Shown here: in pieces, positions 20,995 to 31,507 of the stretch | Position numbering within the stretch: the stretch's first letter is position 1 | Layout: each line of letters opens with the position of its first letter | Notes under the pieces: generated by a model | What the model was told of the DNA's origin: nothing | What the model saw: only the letters and a program-made list of their open reading frames with translations | The model's database searches: none | Made by a program: the position numbers and the translations under genes | Assembly (NCBI GenBank): GCA_963739745.1 | Contig: CAVUCJ010000010.1 | Coordinates: forward strand, 35,983 to 99,982 | Reading direction: 5' to 3' | DNA: 64,000 nt | DNA from: an uncultured beta proteobacterium | GTDB lineage: Bacteria; Pseudomonadota; Gammaproteobacteria; Burkholderiales; Casimicrobiaceae

Positions 20995-22138
20995 GATTGA
21001 CGGTCTCGGCCAGGCCCACGCGTGCGGCGCTCGGGGATTCGTCCAGTCGATACAGCAGCGCGCAGCTCCACAATCCTCCGATGGCGAGGAACGCGGCGGC
21101 ATCCGTCCACTGCAGCCAGAATAGGTCGACGCGCAACGCAGGGACGACCAGCCACAGCAACTCCCCCCCGTGCGCGACGAGCACGACCACGCACAGCCAC
21201 GCCAACCGCCGCGGATCGCGCTTGAACGAGCGAAGCAGCATCGCGCCGAAGGGCAGCACGAATTGCAGCGCGAACACGCCGACGGCCAGCCAGCGCCAAG
21301 GCGGCGCTGCGCGCACGACGTACCAGCCGATTTCCGACGGCAGGTCTTCCGCCCAGATGATCAGGAACTGGGTGAACGCCAGGTAGGCCCAGGTCATCAC
21401 GAACATCAGCAGCAGGTTGCCCAGGTCCTGCGCGTTGCGAGCCTCGTTCGCGCCGCGACCGGGCAGGCCGCCTCCGAACACGGTCGCCGCGACCGCGAAC
21501 GCGAATGCCGACAATGCCTGCAGCACCATGAACAGCAGGCCGAACACGCTCGAGTACCAGTGCGCGGAAAGCGACATGATCCAATCGACCGCCGCGAGGG
21601 TTGCGGTCACCGCATAGACTAGAAGGCCGAGTGCCGACAGGACACGCAGCGCCGGTACGGGCGGCGACGCGGCGTTGGTGCTGCGGTTGCGCCAATGGCG
21701 GCGCAGCGCGTAACCGATCGCGATCCATGCCGCAAAATAGACCAGCGCACGCAGCGTGAAGCCCGGGATGTTCAGGTACCAGAGCCTGCCCGCGAGGATG
21801 GGGTCGCCGGTGGCACCGGCGGTTGCCCATGGATACAGATGTGAGAGGCCGAACACGACGGGGATGCCCAGCACGGCGAGCGCCGGCAACGTGCCGATCG
21901 CAGCTTCGAGCGGCGGGCGGATCGCAAAGCCCCAGGTTCCGCCGGTCAATTCGTGGATCATGACGTTGACCATCGCGCCCAGCGCGATGCCGAGAAAGAA
22001 AAGCCAGGCCACCAGCCACGAGGCAAGCAATCGCGGCGCGTCGAACCACCAGGCCAGCGCGCAGGCGACGACTCCGGCGACGCCCGCGAAAAGCGCGCGC
22101 TTTCGCAGCCGAGCAGCGGTTGCGGCGAGCGCGGTCAT
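20987..22138 (-). CDS. actF: Alternative complex III subunit ActF
   Basis: Multi-TM; TLAAVDWIMSL..HWYSSVFG and GNLLLMFVMTWAYLAFTQFLIIW motifs. Confidence 0.85.
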   Translation of the reverse strand: MTALAATAARLRKRALFAGVAGVVACALAWWFDAPRLLASWLVAWLFFLGIALGAMVNVMIHELTGGTWGFAIRPPLEAAIGTLPALAVLGIPVVFGLSHLYPWATAGATGDPILAGRLWYLNIPGFTLRALVYFAAWIAIGYALRRHWRNRSTNAASPPVPALRVLSALGLLVYAVTATLAAVDWIMSLSAHWYSSVFGLLFMVLQALSAFAFAVAATVFGGGLPGRGANEARNAQDLGNLLLMFVMTWAYLAFTQFLIIWAEDLPSEIGWYVVRAAPPWRWLAVGVFALQFVLPFGAMLLRSFKRDPRRLAWLCVVVLVAHGGELLWLVVPALRVDLFWLQWTDAAAFLAIGGLWSCALLYRLDESPSAARVGLAETVNHG

Positions 22139-22842
22139 CGCTGCGCCTGCAGCGTGCGCCGGACTTCGGGCGGCGCGTCGGACAGGCTCGCATGCTGGCT
22201 CAACTGCAACGCGCGGATATACGCGACGATGGCACGCCGGTCGCCGGGTGGCACGCGATCGGCATACGGGTACATCGCGCCGTAGCCGTGCGTGATGACC
22301 GCATGGTAATGCGCGTCGGGTGCGTCGCGAAGCCGGTCGACGTGAAAGGACGGCGGATGCGGAAACCCGCGGCGCGCGACCATGCCGTCTCCGTCGCCGG
22401 CTTCGCTGTGGCAGGGCGCGCAGAAGATGTCGTAACGTTCGCGTCCACGCTCGAGCAACGCCAGCGTCCAGGTGCGGCGCTCCAGGGGGTCCGGGCCGGG
22501 GCGCGAAGCAGCGCCGTCGCGGGCGACCGCCGGGACCGGCCAGGGTGTTTCCGGCGCGACGGCCACCCGCCCGAGGCGCCCGCTCGAAGTCCCGGCAAGC
22601 GTTCCCTCGCCGTGCGGAACGGTGCCGGCCACCGGCGGCCGCGACGCGCGACCGTCGGCCCACAGTGCGCTCCTGGCAAGCGGCTTGTACTTCGGCTGGT
22701 CGTACATGTTCTCGAATGTCTTCTCGCAGCCGGCCAGCAATACCGTTGCCACGAGGCATGCCGCAGCCCAGAGCCACGGACGCGCTGGGACATGGGCGCC
22801 GCGGCGCGGCCGCGGGTCCGATCGGGCGCGCGATCGCGACAT
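22135..22842 (-). CDS. actE: ACIII monoheme lipoprotein ActE
   Basis: LAGC lipobox, MYDQPK, CAPCH and GYGAMYPY motifs. Confidence 0.85.
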   Translation of the reverse strand: MSRSRARSDPRPRRGAHVPARPWLWAAACLVATVLLAGCEKTFENMYDQPKYKPLARSALWADGRASRPPVAGTVPHGEGTLAGTSSGRLGRVAVAPETPWPVPAVARDGAASRPGPDPLERRTWTLALLERGRERYDIFCAPCHSEAGDGDGMVARRGFPHPPSFHVDRLRDAPDAHYHAVITHGYGAMYPYADRVPPGDRRAIVAYIRALQLSQHASLSDAPPEVRRTLQAQR

Positions 22843-22846
22843 GGGC

Positions 22847-23386
22847 TTACCCGCCGACCCGCGACACGCGGACGGGGCCCAGCGCCCGCAGGAAGTCCTC
22901 GACGCGCTCCGGCGCAAAGGCGGATCCGGTGGCGCGTACGCACAGGAAAAAGCGGCTGCGCGACGCAAGGTCGAAGTCGGGAGCATCGAACAGCGGATGA
23001 TTCAGGCGCGGCAAGCCCGACAGAACAAGGAAGCCGACGAACGCTGCGAGCGCCGCGCCGAGCACCGTGAGCTCGAAGGTGCCGGGAATGAATGAAGGCC
23101 AGCTGTGCAGCGGCCTGCCGCCCGAATTGATCGGGTAGTCGACGACCGCGCTGTACCATTGCATGAAATACGCGCCGACGCCTCCGCCAATTCCCCCCAG
23201 GAGCGTGAGCAGCGGCACGCGGTTGGCGGTGAACCCGATGGCTTCCGGCAGCCCTTCGATCGAGAACGGGGCATACGCTTCGAGGTCGCGATACGACACC
23301 TCGCGGCAGCGGGCGATGGCGTCGAGCAGCGCGGCGGGCGAAGCAAACTCCGCCAGGATCCCGTAGAGTTTGGTCGCCTCAGGCAT
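22847..23386 (-). CDS. actD: ACIII subunit ActD (DUF3341)
   Basis: YGILAEF, YPINSGGRP..SWPSFIP.TFELTVL motifs. Confidence 0.88.
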   Translation of the reverse strand: MPEATKLYGILAEFASPAALLDAIARCREVSYRDLEAYAPFSIEGLPEAIGFTANRVPLLTLLGGIGGGVGAYFMQWYSAVVDYPINSGGRPLHSWPSFIPGTFELTVLGAALAAFVGFLVLSGLPRLNHPLFDAPDFDLASRSRFFLCVRATGSAFAPERVEDFLRALGPVRVSRVGG

Positions 23387-24743
23387 GCGCGGGCGTCCTT
23401 TCTCGCGCGAGCTTGCGCATCTCCGCGATGGAGATCGCTGGCAACACGCGCAGGAACACCAGGAACAGCAGCGCAAAAAAGCCGATCGAACCCGCGAGGA
23501 TGGCGAAGTCCCAGAAGGTCGGGTAGTACATGTGCCAGGACGACGGCAGGAAATCGCGGTTTAAGCTCGACACGATGATCATGAAGCGTTCGAGCCACAT
23601 ACCGATGTTGACCACGATCGAGATGGCGAACAGCGAGGGCGCGCTGGCGCGCACACGTGCCGACCACAGTGCCTGCGGCACGATCACGTTGCACAGCACG
23701 ACCGACCAGTAGATCGGCGCGTAGGGCCCGCGCATCCGGTTCAGCGCGTTCGCGATCTCGAACTGGTCGGCGCTGTAGAACGCCATGAAGATCTCGGTCG
23801 CGTAGCTGTAGGCGACGATCAGGCCGCAGACGAGCATCAGTTTCCCGATGTTGTCCAGATGGCGGGCGGTGATGAAGCTCTTCAGGCCGAACACGGCGCG
23901 CAGCGGTACCGCGATCGTGAGCGCCATCGCGAACCCGGAGAAGAGCGCACCGGCCACGAAGTACGGGGGGAAGATGGTCGAGTGCCAGCCGGGCGTGTTG
24001 CCGATCGAGAAATCCAATGACACGACGCTGTGCACCGAGATCACCAGCGGTGTGGCGAGGCCTGCCATCAGCAGGTAGGCCGTGTCGAAGCGATGCCATT
24101 GCCGCGCCTCGCCTCGCCAGCCGAGCGCGAGCAGTCCGTAGGCGACTTGCTTCCATCGCTTGTGCGCCGAGTCGCGCAGCGTGGCGAGGTCGGGGATCAG
24201 GCCCATGTACCAGAACAGGATCGAGACGATGATGTAGGTGCCGATGGCGAAGATGTCCCACACCAGCGGGCTTCGCCACTGAGGCCACAGATTCATGATG
24301 TTCGGATACGGGATCAGCCAGTAGAAGAACCACGGCCGCCCGAGGTGCAGGATCGGCATGAGCCCGGCCATTGCGACGGCGAAGATCGTCATTGCTTCGG
24401 CGAAACGGTTGATCGACGTGCGCCATCGTTGCCGCAGCAGCAGCAGAAATGCGGAGATGAAGGTGCCGGCATGGCCGATGCCCACCCACCACACGAAGTT
24501 GGTGAGCGCGAAAGCCCAGGCCACCGGCTGGTTGACGCCCCAGATCCCCACGCCCATGACGAAGAGGTAGCTGGTCGCGACCACGAACAGCAGCGTGAGC
24601 GCCCCGGCAACGGCCATGCCGATGAACCATCCCCAATGTGCCGGTCGGGTGAGGACGATATCCGCGATCTTGTCGGTGATCGCAGCATCGCTGTACTGCC
24701 CGACGAGTACCGGGGTGGCGGCGAGCGAGGCTTCAGTGGTCAC
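23379..24743 (-). CDS. actC: ACIII quinol-binding subunit ActC (NrfD family)
   Basis: NFVWWVGIGHAGTFISA, SINRFAEAMT and HSVVSLDF motifs. Confidence 0.93.
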   Translation of the reverse strand: MTTEASLAATPVLVGQYSDAAITDKIADIVLTRPAHWGWFIGMAVAGALTLLFVVATSYLFVMGVGIWGVNQPVAWAFALTNFVWWVGIGHAGTFISAFLLLLRQRWRTSINRFAEAMTIFAVAMAGLMPILHLGRPWFFYWLIPYPNIMNLWPQWRSPLVWDIFAIGTYIIVSILFWYMGLIPDLATLRDSAHKRWKQVAYGLLALGWRGEARQWHRFDTAYLLMAGLATPLVISVHSVVSLDFSIGNTPGWHSTIFPPYFVAGALFSGFAMALTIAVPLRAVFGLKSFITARHLDNIGKLMLVCGLIVAYSYATEIFMAFYSADQFEIANALNRMRGPYAPIYWSVVLCNVIVPQALWSARVRASAPSLFAISIVVNIGMWLERFMIIVSSLNRDFLPSSWHMYYPTFWDFAILAGSIGFFALLFLVFLRVLPAISIAEMRKLARERTPAHA

Positions 24744-24797
24744 CGGCGTCTCCGCGTGCGCGCGGCAGGCACTTCGTCGTGCATCGTCCGGTGCGCA

Positions 24798-27740
24798 TCA
24801 TGTCGGATCGACGCTGGACGCCGGGTTGCTGATCTTCGGCAGATACGTGGTGCGCGGCCGGGTGTTGAGTTCGGCCAGCAGCGTGTAGTCAAGGGGTGAT
24901 GACTTGCGCGCGTTGACCTCGCTGGCGGGATCGTTGAGGTCGCCGAACACGATCGCCCGGGTCGGACATGCGGCCTGGCACGCGGTGACGACCTCGCCGT
25001 CGGCGATGCGCCGGTCTTCCCGGTCGGCATTCACCCGCGCATTGGCAATTCGCTGGATGCAATACGAGCACTTCTCCATGACGCCGCGCATGCGCACCGT
25101 TACTTCCGGATTGCGCTGTGCGGCGAGGATCGGCAAATCCCGCGTGTAGCTCAGGAAATTGAAGCGGCGCACCTTGTACGGGCAGTTGTTCGAGCAGAAC
25201 CGCGTACCCACGCAACGGTTGTAGACCTGGACGTTCAGGCCTTCGGCGTCGTGGATCGACGCCTCGACCGGGCACACTTCCTCGCACGGCGCGTGCTCGC
25301 ACTGCATGCAGGGTACGGGCTGGAAGAACGTGCGCGGCCGCTCGCGGCTGCCGGCGAAGTAGCGATCGACACGGATCCAGTGCATCTCGCGCCCGCGCCG
25401 CACCTCGTCCTTGCCGACCACCGGTATGTTGTTCTCCGCCTGACAGGCGATCGTGCAGACGCCGCAGCCAATGCAGCTCGACAGGTCGATGCTCATTCCC
25501 CACCGGTAGCCGTCGTAGGCGAACCCCGGGTAGAGACTATCCTTGGGGTCTTCGCCATGCGCGGGTCGGCAGGCCGAAGCGAGACAACGCGCCGCATCGT
25601 CGCGCGTGAGCGTGCGCACCAGGTCGCGGCCCTCCATGCGGTGGTGCGTCTGGGCCGCGGCGAGCGGATGACGCGCGCCGGTCCTCTCGACCGTCACGCC
25701 AGCGATCCACGGTTGCGCGGAATCCCGCAGCGAATAGGCGTCGACGCCCACACCGTTGCCCACGCCGCCGGCGCGCGTGCGGCCGTGGCCCAGGTGGAGC
25801 GTGACCGAGTCGTCCGCATGTCCCGGCATGATCCACGCCGGCGCGTCGAGTTGGCGGCTCCCGCAGGTCAATCTGACGACGTCTTCACTTTCGATCGACA
25901 GGCGCGCTGCGAATGCAGGAGACACCAGCGCCACATTGTCCCAGGTCAGCGTCGTGAGCGGTTTCGGCAGTTCCTGCAGCCAAGCGTTGTTCGCGTATCG
26001 GCCGTCCCCCAGCGTCGGGTCGGCCGCAAAGACCAACTCGGTGCGGGGTGGCACGAGCGGCGCGACTTGGGCTGCGCTATCCGCGGATTCGCGCGCGCGC
26101 AGGTTCTGCGGTCTCGACGCCGCGGGCGATGCTTCGATGCGGCCACGCGACAGCGCCTCGCGCCAGAACGCTTCGAAGTCCAGCCCTCGTTGCCCTCGCC
26201 AGTGGTCGCGGACGACGTCGTATGCCGCTCGCGGCGTACCTTCCAGGATCGCCGAAAGGATCTCGCTGGCCGACTTTCCGTCGTACAACGGCGCAATGCA
26301 CGGTTGTTGAATGGAGATCGTGCCATCGTAGGCGCTGACGTCGCCCCACGCTTCGAGCGCATGCGCCGCCGGAAGCTGCCAGTCGCAGCGAAATGACGTT
26401 TCGTCGTCGTACAGACTGACGTGCGCCTTCCAGGGCACCCGCAGGAGCGCGGCGCCGAAATCGAAGTCGGCGGGTGCGTCGTAGACCGGGTTGCCTCCGA
26501 GGATCAGCAGCGTGCTCGCCTCGTCGGCGTTCATGGCGTCGACCAGTGCGCGCAACGACCCGAGCTGGCTCGACGGGTCGAAGGCGACCGGCGCACGCAG
26601 CTCGAAGGTCGCACCGACGTTGCCCAGCGCGGCGTTGATCCGGTGGACGAGCGCGTGCACTCGTGCCGGCTGGCGATCACCGGCGATCACCAACGAAGCG
26701 CCCGGCCTGCTTGCCAGATCGGAGACCGCTGCGTCGAGCCAGGCGTCGGATTCCGGTGCGGCGACGCCCGGCTGCGGTCCGAGAATGCGCCGCGCGAGCC
26801 GCTCGGTCAGCACCCCGATGTCGGACGATCGTACGACGCGCTTATGGTCTGCGAGCGCGCCGGCAAGGCTCGGTGTGCCCTCGGCGACGTAGAGCCGGTT
26901 CATGCGGGCCGGGTTGCCGGCGCGGCGTGTGTCCGCAAAATCGTGCGCATAGCGCACGCATCCGGGCAGCGTACCGACAAAGTCCGCGTCGAGCGCGACG
27001 ACGACACTGGCGGCGCCGAAATCGTAGACCGGCTCCAGCGCTTCGCCATACGCAACGCGGCTTCCGGCGTACACGTGGTCGCGGTTGAGCGGCTGGTACT
27101 GGTGCCATCGCGCACCCGGATAACGGGCGAGGATGGCGCGCAGCTGTCGATGCAGCGTCGGCGAGGTGATCGTTTCCGTCAAGATGAAGAGTCCGCGGCC
27201 ATCCGGCGCGGCGCGCAGCCTCTTCTGCAGCTCTGCCGTGAATCGATCCCATGAGGCGATCGACCGGTGGCGAAGGACGTGGCGCGAGCGGTCGGGGTCC
27301 CACAGATCGAGGACGGCGGCCTGCGCGAAGATGTCAGTCGCGCCGAGGCTCGCCGGATGTAGCGGGTTGCCCTCGATCTTGGTCGGCCGCCCCATGTTGG
27401 TTTCCACCAGCACGCCGACGCCGTATCCGTCGCGGCTCACCGTCGTCGCGAAGTACACGGGCGTACCGTAAGTCGATTCCGCGGGGCCCGACCGGTAGGG
27501 CACGATCTGCTCGAGCGGCGCGCGCGTGCATCCGCCGCTTCCCGCCAGCGCCAGTGATGCGCCCATGCACTTCAGGAAATCGCGCCGCTGCCACGACACA
27601 TCGGCGGTGGCTTGGGACGCCGATCGACCGGCCGCCCCCGGGTCGAATTCGTCCAGCCCGCGCCAGAAGTGCGCGTACGCGGCTTCGCGGTCGCCGACGC
27701 GGATGGACGAAAGATCGTTGGATGGAGGTTTCTGGCTCAT
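24798..27740 (-). CDS. actB: ACIII subunit ActB (molybdopterin-oxidoreductase-like domain plus Fe-S domain)
   Basis: Tat signal QRRDFLK; CIGCGVCTIAC, CMQC...CEEVCP, CVGTRFCSNNCP and CSYC...CQAACP motifs. Confidence 0.93.
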   Translation of the reverse strand: MSQKPPSNDLSSIRVGDREAAYAHFWRGLDEFDPGAAGRSASQATADVSWQRRDFLKCMGASLALAGSGGCTRAPLEQIVPYRSGPAESTYGTPVYFATTVSRDGYGVGVLVETNMGRPTKIEGNPLHPASLGATDIFAQAAVLDLWDPDRSRHVLRHRSIASWDRFTAELQKRLRAAPDGRGLFILTETITSPTLHRQLRAILARYPGARWHQYQPLNRDHVYAGSRVAYGEALEPVYDFGAASVVVALDADFVGTLPGCVRYAHDFADTRRAGNPARMNRLYVAEGTPSLAGALADHKRVVRSSDIGVLTERLARRILGPQPGVAAPESDAWLDAAVSDLASRPGASLVIAGDRQPARVHALVHRINAALGNVGATFELRAPVAFDPSSQLGSLRALVDAMNADEASTLLILGGNPVYDAPADFDFGAALLRVPWKAHVSLYDDETSFRCDWQLPAAHALEAWGDVSAYDGTISIQQPCIAPLYDGKSASEILSAILEGTPRAAYDVVRDHWRGQRGLDFEAFWREALSRGRIEASPAASRPQNLRARESADSAAQVAPLVPPRTELVFAADPTLGDGRYANNAWLQELPKPLTTLTWDNVALVSPAFAARLSIESEDVVRLTCGSRQLDAPAWIMPGHADDSVTLHLGHGRTRAGGVGNGVGVDAYSLRDSAQPWIAGVTVERTGARHPLAAAQTHHRMEGRDLVRTLTRDDAARCLASACRPAHGEDPKDSLYPGFAYDGYRWGMSIDLSSCIGCGVCTIACQAENNIPVVGKDEVRRGREMHWIRVDRYFAGSRERPRTFFQPVPCMQCEHAPCEEVCPVEASIHDAEGLNVQVYNRCVGTRFCSNNCPYKVRRFNFLSYTRDLPILAAQRNPEVTVRMRGVMEKCSYCIQRIANARVNADREDRRIADGEVVTACQAACPTRAIVFGDLNDPASEVNARKSSPLDYTLLAELNTRPRTTYLPKISNPASSVDPT

Positions 27741-27743
27741 GGC

Positions 27744-28397
27744 TTATCGATGGCACGTCGAGCACATCGTGAGGTGCCAACGCGAACGAATCCGGTAGCT
27801 GCGCTTGAGCGCGAGGCCGGCAGCTGCCTGGTCAACCGGCGGCCGCCAATCCATGTCGAAGACGCGGTCGACCGGGCGCAGGTACTTTTCCGGTTCGCGG
27901 TGGCACTCGAGGCACCACTGCATGTCGAGCGATTCCACCCGCCAGGTCAACGGCATCGTATCGACTCGGCCGTGGCAGGTCGAGCAGCCCACTCCCTTGC
28001 GGACATGAATGCTGTGATCGAAGTAGACGAAATCCGGAAGGTCGTGCACGCGTTGCCAGGCCAGTGCTTCGCCACCGTCGTAGGCCACGATCAATGGGCG
28101 CAGCGGCGGCGCGTCGGTGAAGAGCTGCGAATGACAGGTCATGCAGGTGGACAACGGCGGGATGCCGGCGAAGCGCGAGGTCTCGACCGAAACATGGCAA
28201 TAGCGGCAGTCGATGCCGTCATCGCCAACGTGATGCTTGTGGCTGAACGGCACGGCCTGTCCGACCGGGGAGCCGATCGCTGCATCCGAACGGGCGTTCA
28301 CGCGATAGGTGACGATGCCCATGGCGAACAGCGCAATCGCGCTGATCGCTACGAGCCGCAGTACCAGCGTGAATCGTTGCGAGAACACCTGTGCCAC
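27744..28397 (-). CDS. actA: ACIII pentaheme cytochrome ActA
   Basis: Five CxxCH motifs (CRYCH, CMTCH, CSTCH, CLECH, CSTCH); GTG start assumed. Confidence 0.9.
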   Translation of the reverse strand: MAQVFSQRFTLVLRLVAISAIALFAMGIVTYRVNARSDAAIGSPVGQAVPFSHKHHVGDDGIDCRYCHVSVETSRFAGIPPLSTCMTCHSQLFTDAPPLRPLIVAYDGGEALAWQRVHDLPDFVYFDHSIHVRKGVGCSTCHGRVDTMPLTWRVESLDMQWCLECHREPEKYLRPVDRVFDMDWRPPVDQAAAGLALKRSYRIRSRWHLTMCSTCHR

Positions 28398-28481
28398 GAT
28401 GTTGGTCTCCGCCGTCGGCGCCGAGCAAACCGGTGCGCCCGGCCTTCGCGCGAGTCTGCCGCGGGGCACGGCCCGCGGCGC

Positions 28482-29738
28482 TCATTGCAGTTTTGCGTAT
28501 TCGATCGCGCGCCGGACTTTTTCGACGTCGCCTGCGGCGACGGGCGGTGCGACGTTTCCCCAGGCGTTGCGAATGTAGGTGGCGACTTCGGCGATCTCCG
28601 TGTCGGTGAGCTTCCAGGCGAAGGCGGGCATCCCGAGCGCGGCGACTTTGGCCTGCGTCGAGGGCATGCGCGCGCCATCGAGAAGCACCTGCAGGACCGA
28701 CGTGGCGTCGTCCGCCTGAACGGGCTGACTCCCGCGCAGCCGCGGAAACACGCCCGGGATGCCGGCGCCGTCCTTGCGATGACATCCCGCGCAGTCATCG
28801 ACGTAGATGGCCTCGCCGTGCGTCATGGCCGAGGACATAGGCGGCGCAGGCGAGCCGCCCGCCGCTGCTTTTGCGCCCGGGAGCGCTTTCAGATAGACGG
28901 CGATGGCCTGCAAGTCGGTGTCGGTCAGGTAATGCGTTGATTGGGCGACGACCTCGGCCATCGGTCCCCCCGCGGCGGCGTGGGTGTTCGACCCGGTCTT
29001 CAGGTATTCGACGATGTCGGCGTTCGACCACGTGCCCAGTCCCGCCCGCTGATCGGGACCCAGGTCCGACGCAAACCATCCTTCCGCGTGGCCGCCGTCG
29101 AATGCCTCGTCGCGTTCGGGCGCGCCGGCCAGGTTGTGCGGCGTGTGACAGGCGGCGCAGTGCCCGGCGCCTTCGACCAGGTAGGCGCCGCGGTTCCAGA
29201 GGTCGCCCTTGGCCGGATCGCCGGCCAAGCTTCCGCGACGAAAGAACATGGCGTTCCACAATCCCATCACCGGACGCCAGCTGAGCGGCCAGGGAAGGCG
29301 CGGCTCCCGGTTCGGGCGGTACACGGGGTCGAGCGTTTGCAGGTAAGCGTGAATGGAGTCGACGTCCTCATGCGAAAGGTGCGTGAACCACAGATAGGGA
29401 AATGCCGGATACAGCCAGCGACCGCCCGGTGCTACGCCCTCGTGCATCGCGCGATAGAAATCCGCATCGCTCCATTGGCCGATGCCGGTGGTTGGATCGG
29501 TCGTGATGTTGGTCGAATAGAGGGTTCCGAACGGCGTGGGTATCGGCCTGCCGCCGGCGAACGGCGTGTCGCCCTCCGCGGTGTGACACGACTCGCAATC
29601 CCCGGCGCGCACCAGGTATTGGCCGCGCGCGACCTGCGCGTGCGAGTACGGCTGGGGCACCGGTCCGGCCGCGCTCGCGCTGGCGAGCATCATCGCGATG
29701 GCGGCGACGAACGCATGGCGATGGGCGGGCAGGTGCAT
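28482..29738 (-). CDS. Triheme cytochrome c subunit of a gluconate-2-dehydrogenase-like enzyme
   Basis: Signal peptide, RGQYLVRAGDCESCH, CAACH and CAGCH. Confidence 0.88.
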   Translation of the reverse strand: MHLPAHRHAFVAAIAMMLASASAAGPVPQPYSHAQVARGQYLVRAGDCESCHTAEGDTPFAGGRPIPTPFGTLYSTNITTDPTTGIGQWSDADFYRAMHEGVAPGGRWLYPAFPYLWFTHLSHEDVDSIHAYLQTLDPVYRPNREPRLPWPLSWRPVMGLWNAMFFRRGSLAGDPAKGDLWNRGAYLVEGAGHCAACHTPHNLAGAPERDEAFDGGHAEGWFASDLGPDQRAGLGTWSNADIVEYLKTGSNTHAAAGGPMAEVVAQSTHYLTDTDLQAIAVYLKALPGAKAAAGGSPAPPMSSAMTHGEAIYVDDCAGCHRKDGAGIPGVFPRLRGSQPVQADDATSVLQVLLDGARMPSTQAKVAALGMPAFAWKLTDTEIAEVATYIRNAWGNVAPPVAAGDVEKVRRAIEYAKLQ

Positions 29739-29743
29739 CCTGG

Positions 29744-31507
29744 CTACACCGTCACCAGCGGGCCTGGCTGCTTGAAATACCGGTCCCGGATCGCTTCGGC
29801 GGCCCAGAACGCCAGCGCCCCCACGGTGCCCGTGGGGTTGTACCCAGGGTTCTGCGGAAACACGCTGGCGCCCATCACGAACAGGTTTGGAACGTCCCAG
29901 CTCTGCAGGTACCGGTTCACGGCGCTGGTTCGCGGATCGGCTCCCATCACCGAGCCGCCGGTGTTGTGCGTGGTCTGGTAGGGCTCGATCGAATAGTGGC
30001 CGGTGCGCTGATTGACCTTCAGCGAGCGGGGCTTCATCGCGCGCGCGATCGCTTCTGCCTTCTGCGTGAGAAAACGCGACATCGCGTGCTCGTTTTCCTG
30101 GAAGTCGAACGTCATTCGCAGCAGCGGATTGCCGTAAACGTCGCGATAAGTGGGATCGAGGTCGAGGTAATTCTGGCGGAAGCTCATCACGCTGCCGTGG
30201 GTAGCGATGCTCGCGCTGCGCAGGTAATTTTCGGCCATCGCCTTCTTCCAGCCGGAACCCCACTTCGGTGTGCCTTCCGGCACATGGTGCTGGAGGATCG
30301 GGCGTCCGCCGGTTGTCCACAGCGCCAGATATCCGCCGCCGATGAACCCGTGCGGACCATGGTCGAAATTGTCACCGTTGAAATCGTCGACCCCTTGGCC
30401 CAGCGCGCCGGCACCCATGAACGGATTCAGGATGTCGTTGACGAAAACCTCGACCGACGAAGTGATCTGGTACGCGTAATTGCGGCCGATCACGCCGTTG
30501 CCCGAGGCCGGATCGTAGGGCCTGCCGATTCCCGACACGAGCAGCAGGTGGACGTTGTGCTGCGAATACGCGCAACTGACAACCAGCTCGGCCGGTTGGA
30601 AGAACTCGCGGCCCTGCGCGTCGACGTAGGTGACCCCCGTGGCCCGCTTGCCGGTGCTGTCGAGGTTGATCCGCGTGACGTCGCAATTCGAGCGGTACGA
30701 AAAATTGGGACTGCGCAGCAGCACCGGAAAGATCGTGGTTTGCGGGCTGGCCTTCGAATAGTTGCCGCAGCCGAACCACTCGCAGTACCCGCAATACGTG
30801 CATTGACCCATTTGCACGCCGAGCGGGTTCTTGTACGGCTGCGACGTGTTGGCGGCCGGGCAGGGGAACGGATGCATGCCGGCGTCGCGTGCGGCGCGGT
30901 CGAAGAGATTCGTGGCATGGCTGCGCTTGAGCGGAGGCAACGGATAGTCGCGGCTGCGATCGCCTTCGAACGGATTGCCTCCCTCCTGCGGCTTGCCCGC
31001 AAGCTTGCCCGCCTTGCCCGAGACGCCGCACAGATACTCGAACCGGTCGTAATGCCGTTCGAGCTCCTCGTAGCTGACGCCCCAGTCCTGGATGGTCATG
31101 TCCGAAGGGATGAAGCGCTTCCCGTAGCGTTCCTCGATATGGCTTCGCAGGCGCAAGTCCGACGGAAGAAAACGCCAGCACTGACCGTTCCAGTGCACCC
31201 CGGCACCCCCCGCGCCGGAAGCGGGGCGGAACGATCCCAGCTTGCGCATTGGCAGCGCCTTCTGGTTGCTCGTATTGCGAAACGTCAGCGTCTCGCGCTC
31301 CGGCTCCTCGAACAGTCCGTTGCGCACGGCGTAACGAAGCTCGTCCTGGATGTGCGTCGTCGCGAAGTCAGGGTTGGTGTCGCGGAATCCGCCGCGTTCG
31401 AGGGCGAGCACCTGGTGGCCCGATTGGGCAAGTTCGTGACCGACGATCGCCGCGGTCCAGCCGAATCCGATCAGCACGACCTCGACCTCGGGCAGTACGG
31501 TGGCCAT
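29744..31507 (-). CDS. GMC flavoprotein subunit (gluconate 2-dehydrogenase-like)
   Basis: IGFGWTA FAD-binding loop, CTYCGYCEWFGC and YQTTHNTGG motifs. Confidence 0.9.
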   Translation of the reverse strand: MATVLPEVEVVLIGFGWTAAIVGHELAQSGHQVLALERGGFRDTNPDFATTHIQDELRYAVRNGLFEEPERETLTFRNTSNQKALPMRKLGSFRPASGAGGAGVHWNGQCWRFLPSDLRLRSHIEERYGKRFIPSDMTIQDWGVSYEELERHYDRFEYLCGVSGKAGKLAGKPQEGGNPFEGDRSRDYPLPPLKRSHATNLFDRAARDAGMHPFPCPAANTSQPYKNPLGVQMGQCTYCGYCEWFGCGNYSKASPQTTIFPVLLRSPNFSYRSNCDVTRINLDSTGKRATGVTYVDAQGREFFQPAELVVSCAYSQHNVHLLLVSGIGRPYDPASGNGVIGRNYAYQITSSVEVFVNDILNPFMGAGALGQGVDDFNGDNFDHGPHGFIGGGYLALWTTGGRPILQHHVPEGTPKWGSGWKKAMAENYLRSASIATHGSVMSFRQNYLDLDPTYRDVYGNPLLRMTFDFQENEHAMSRFLTQKAEAIARAMKPRSLKVNQRTGHYSIEPYQTTHNTGGSVMGADPRTSAVNRYLQSWDVPNLFVMGASVFPQNPGYNPTGTVGALAFWAAEAIRDRYFKQPGPLVTV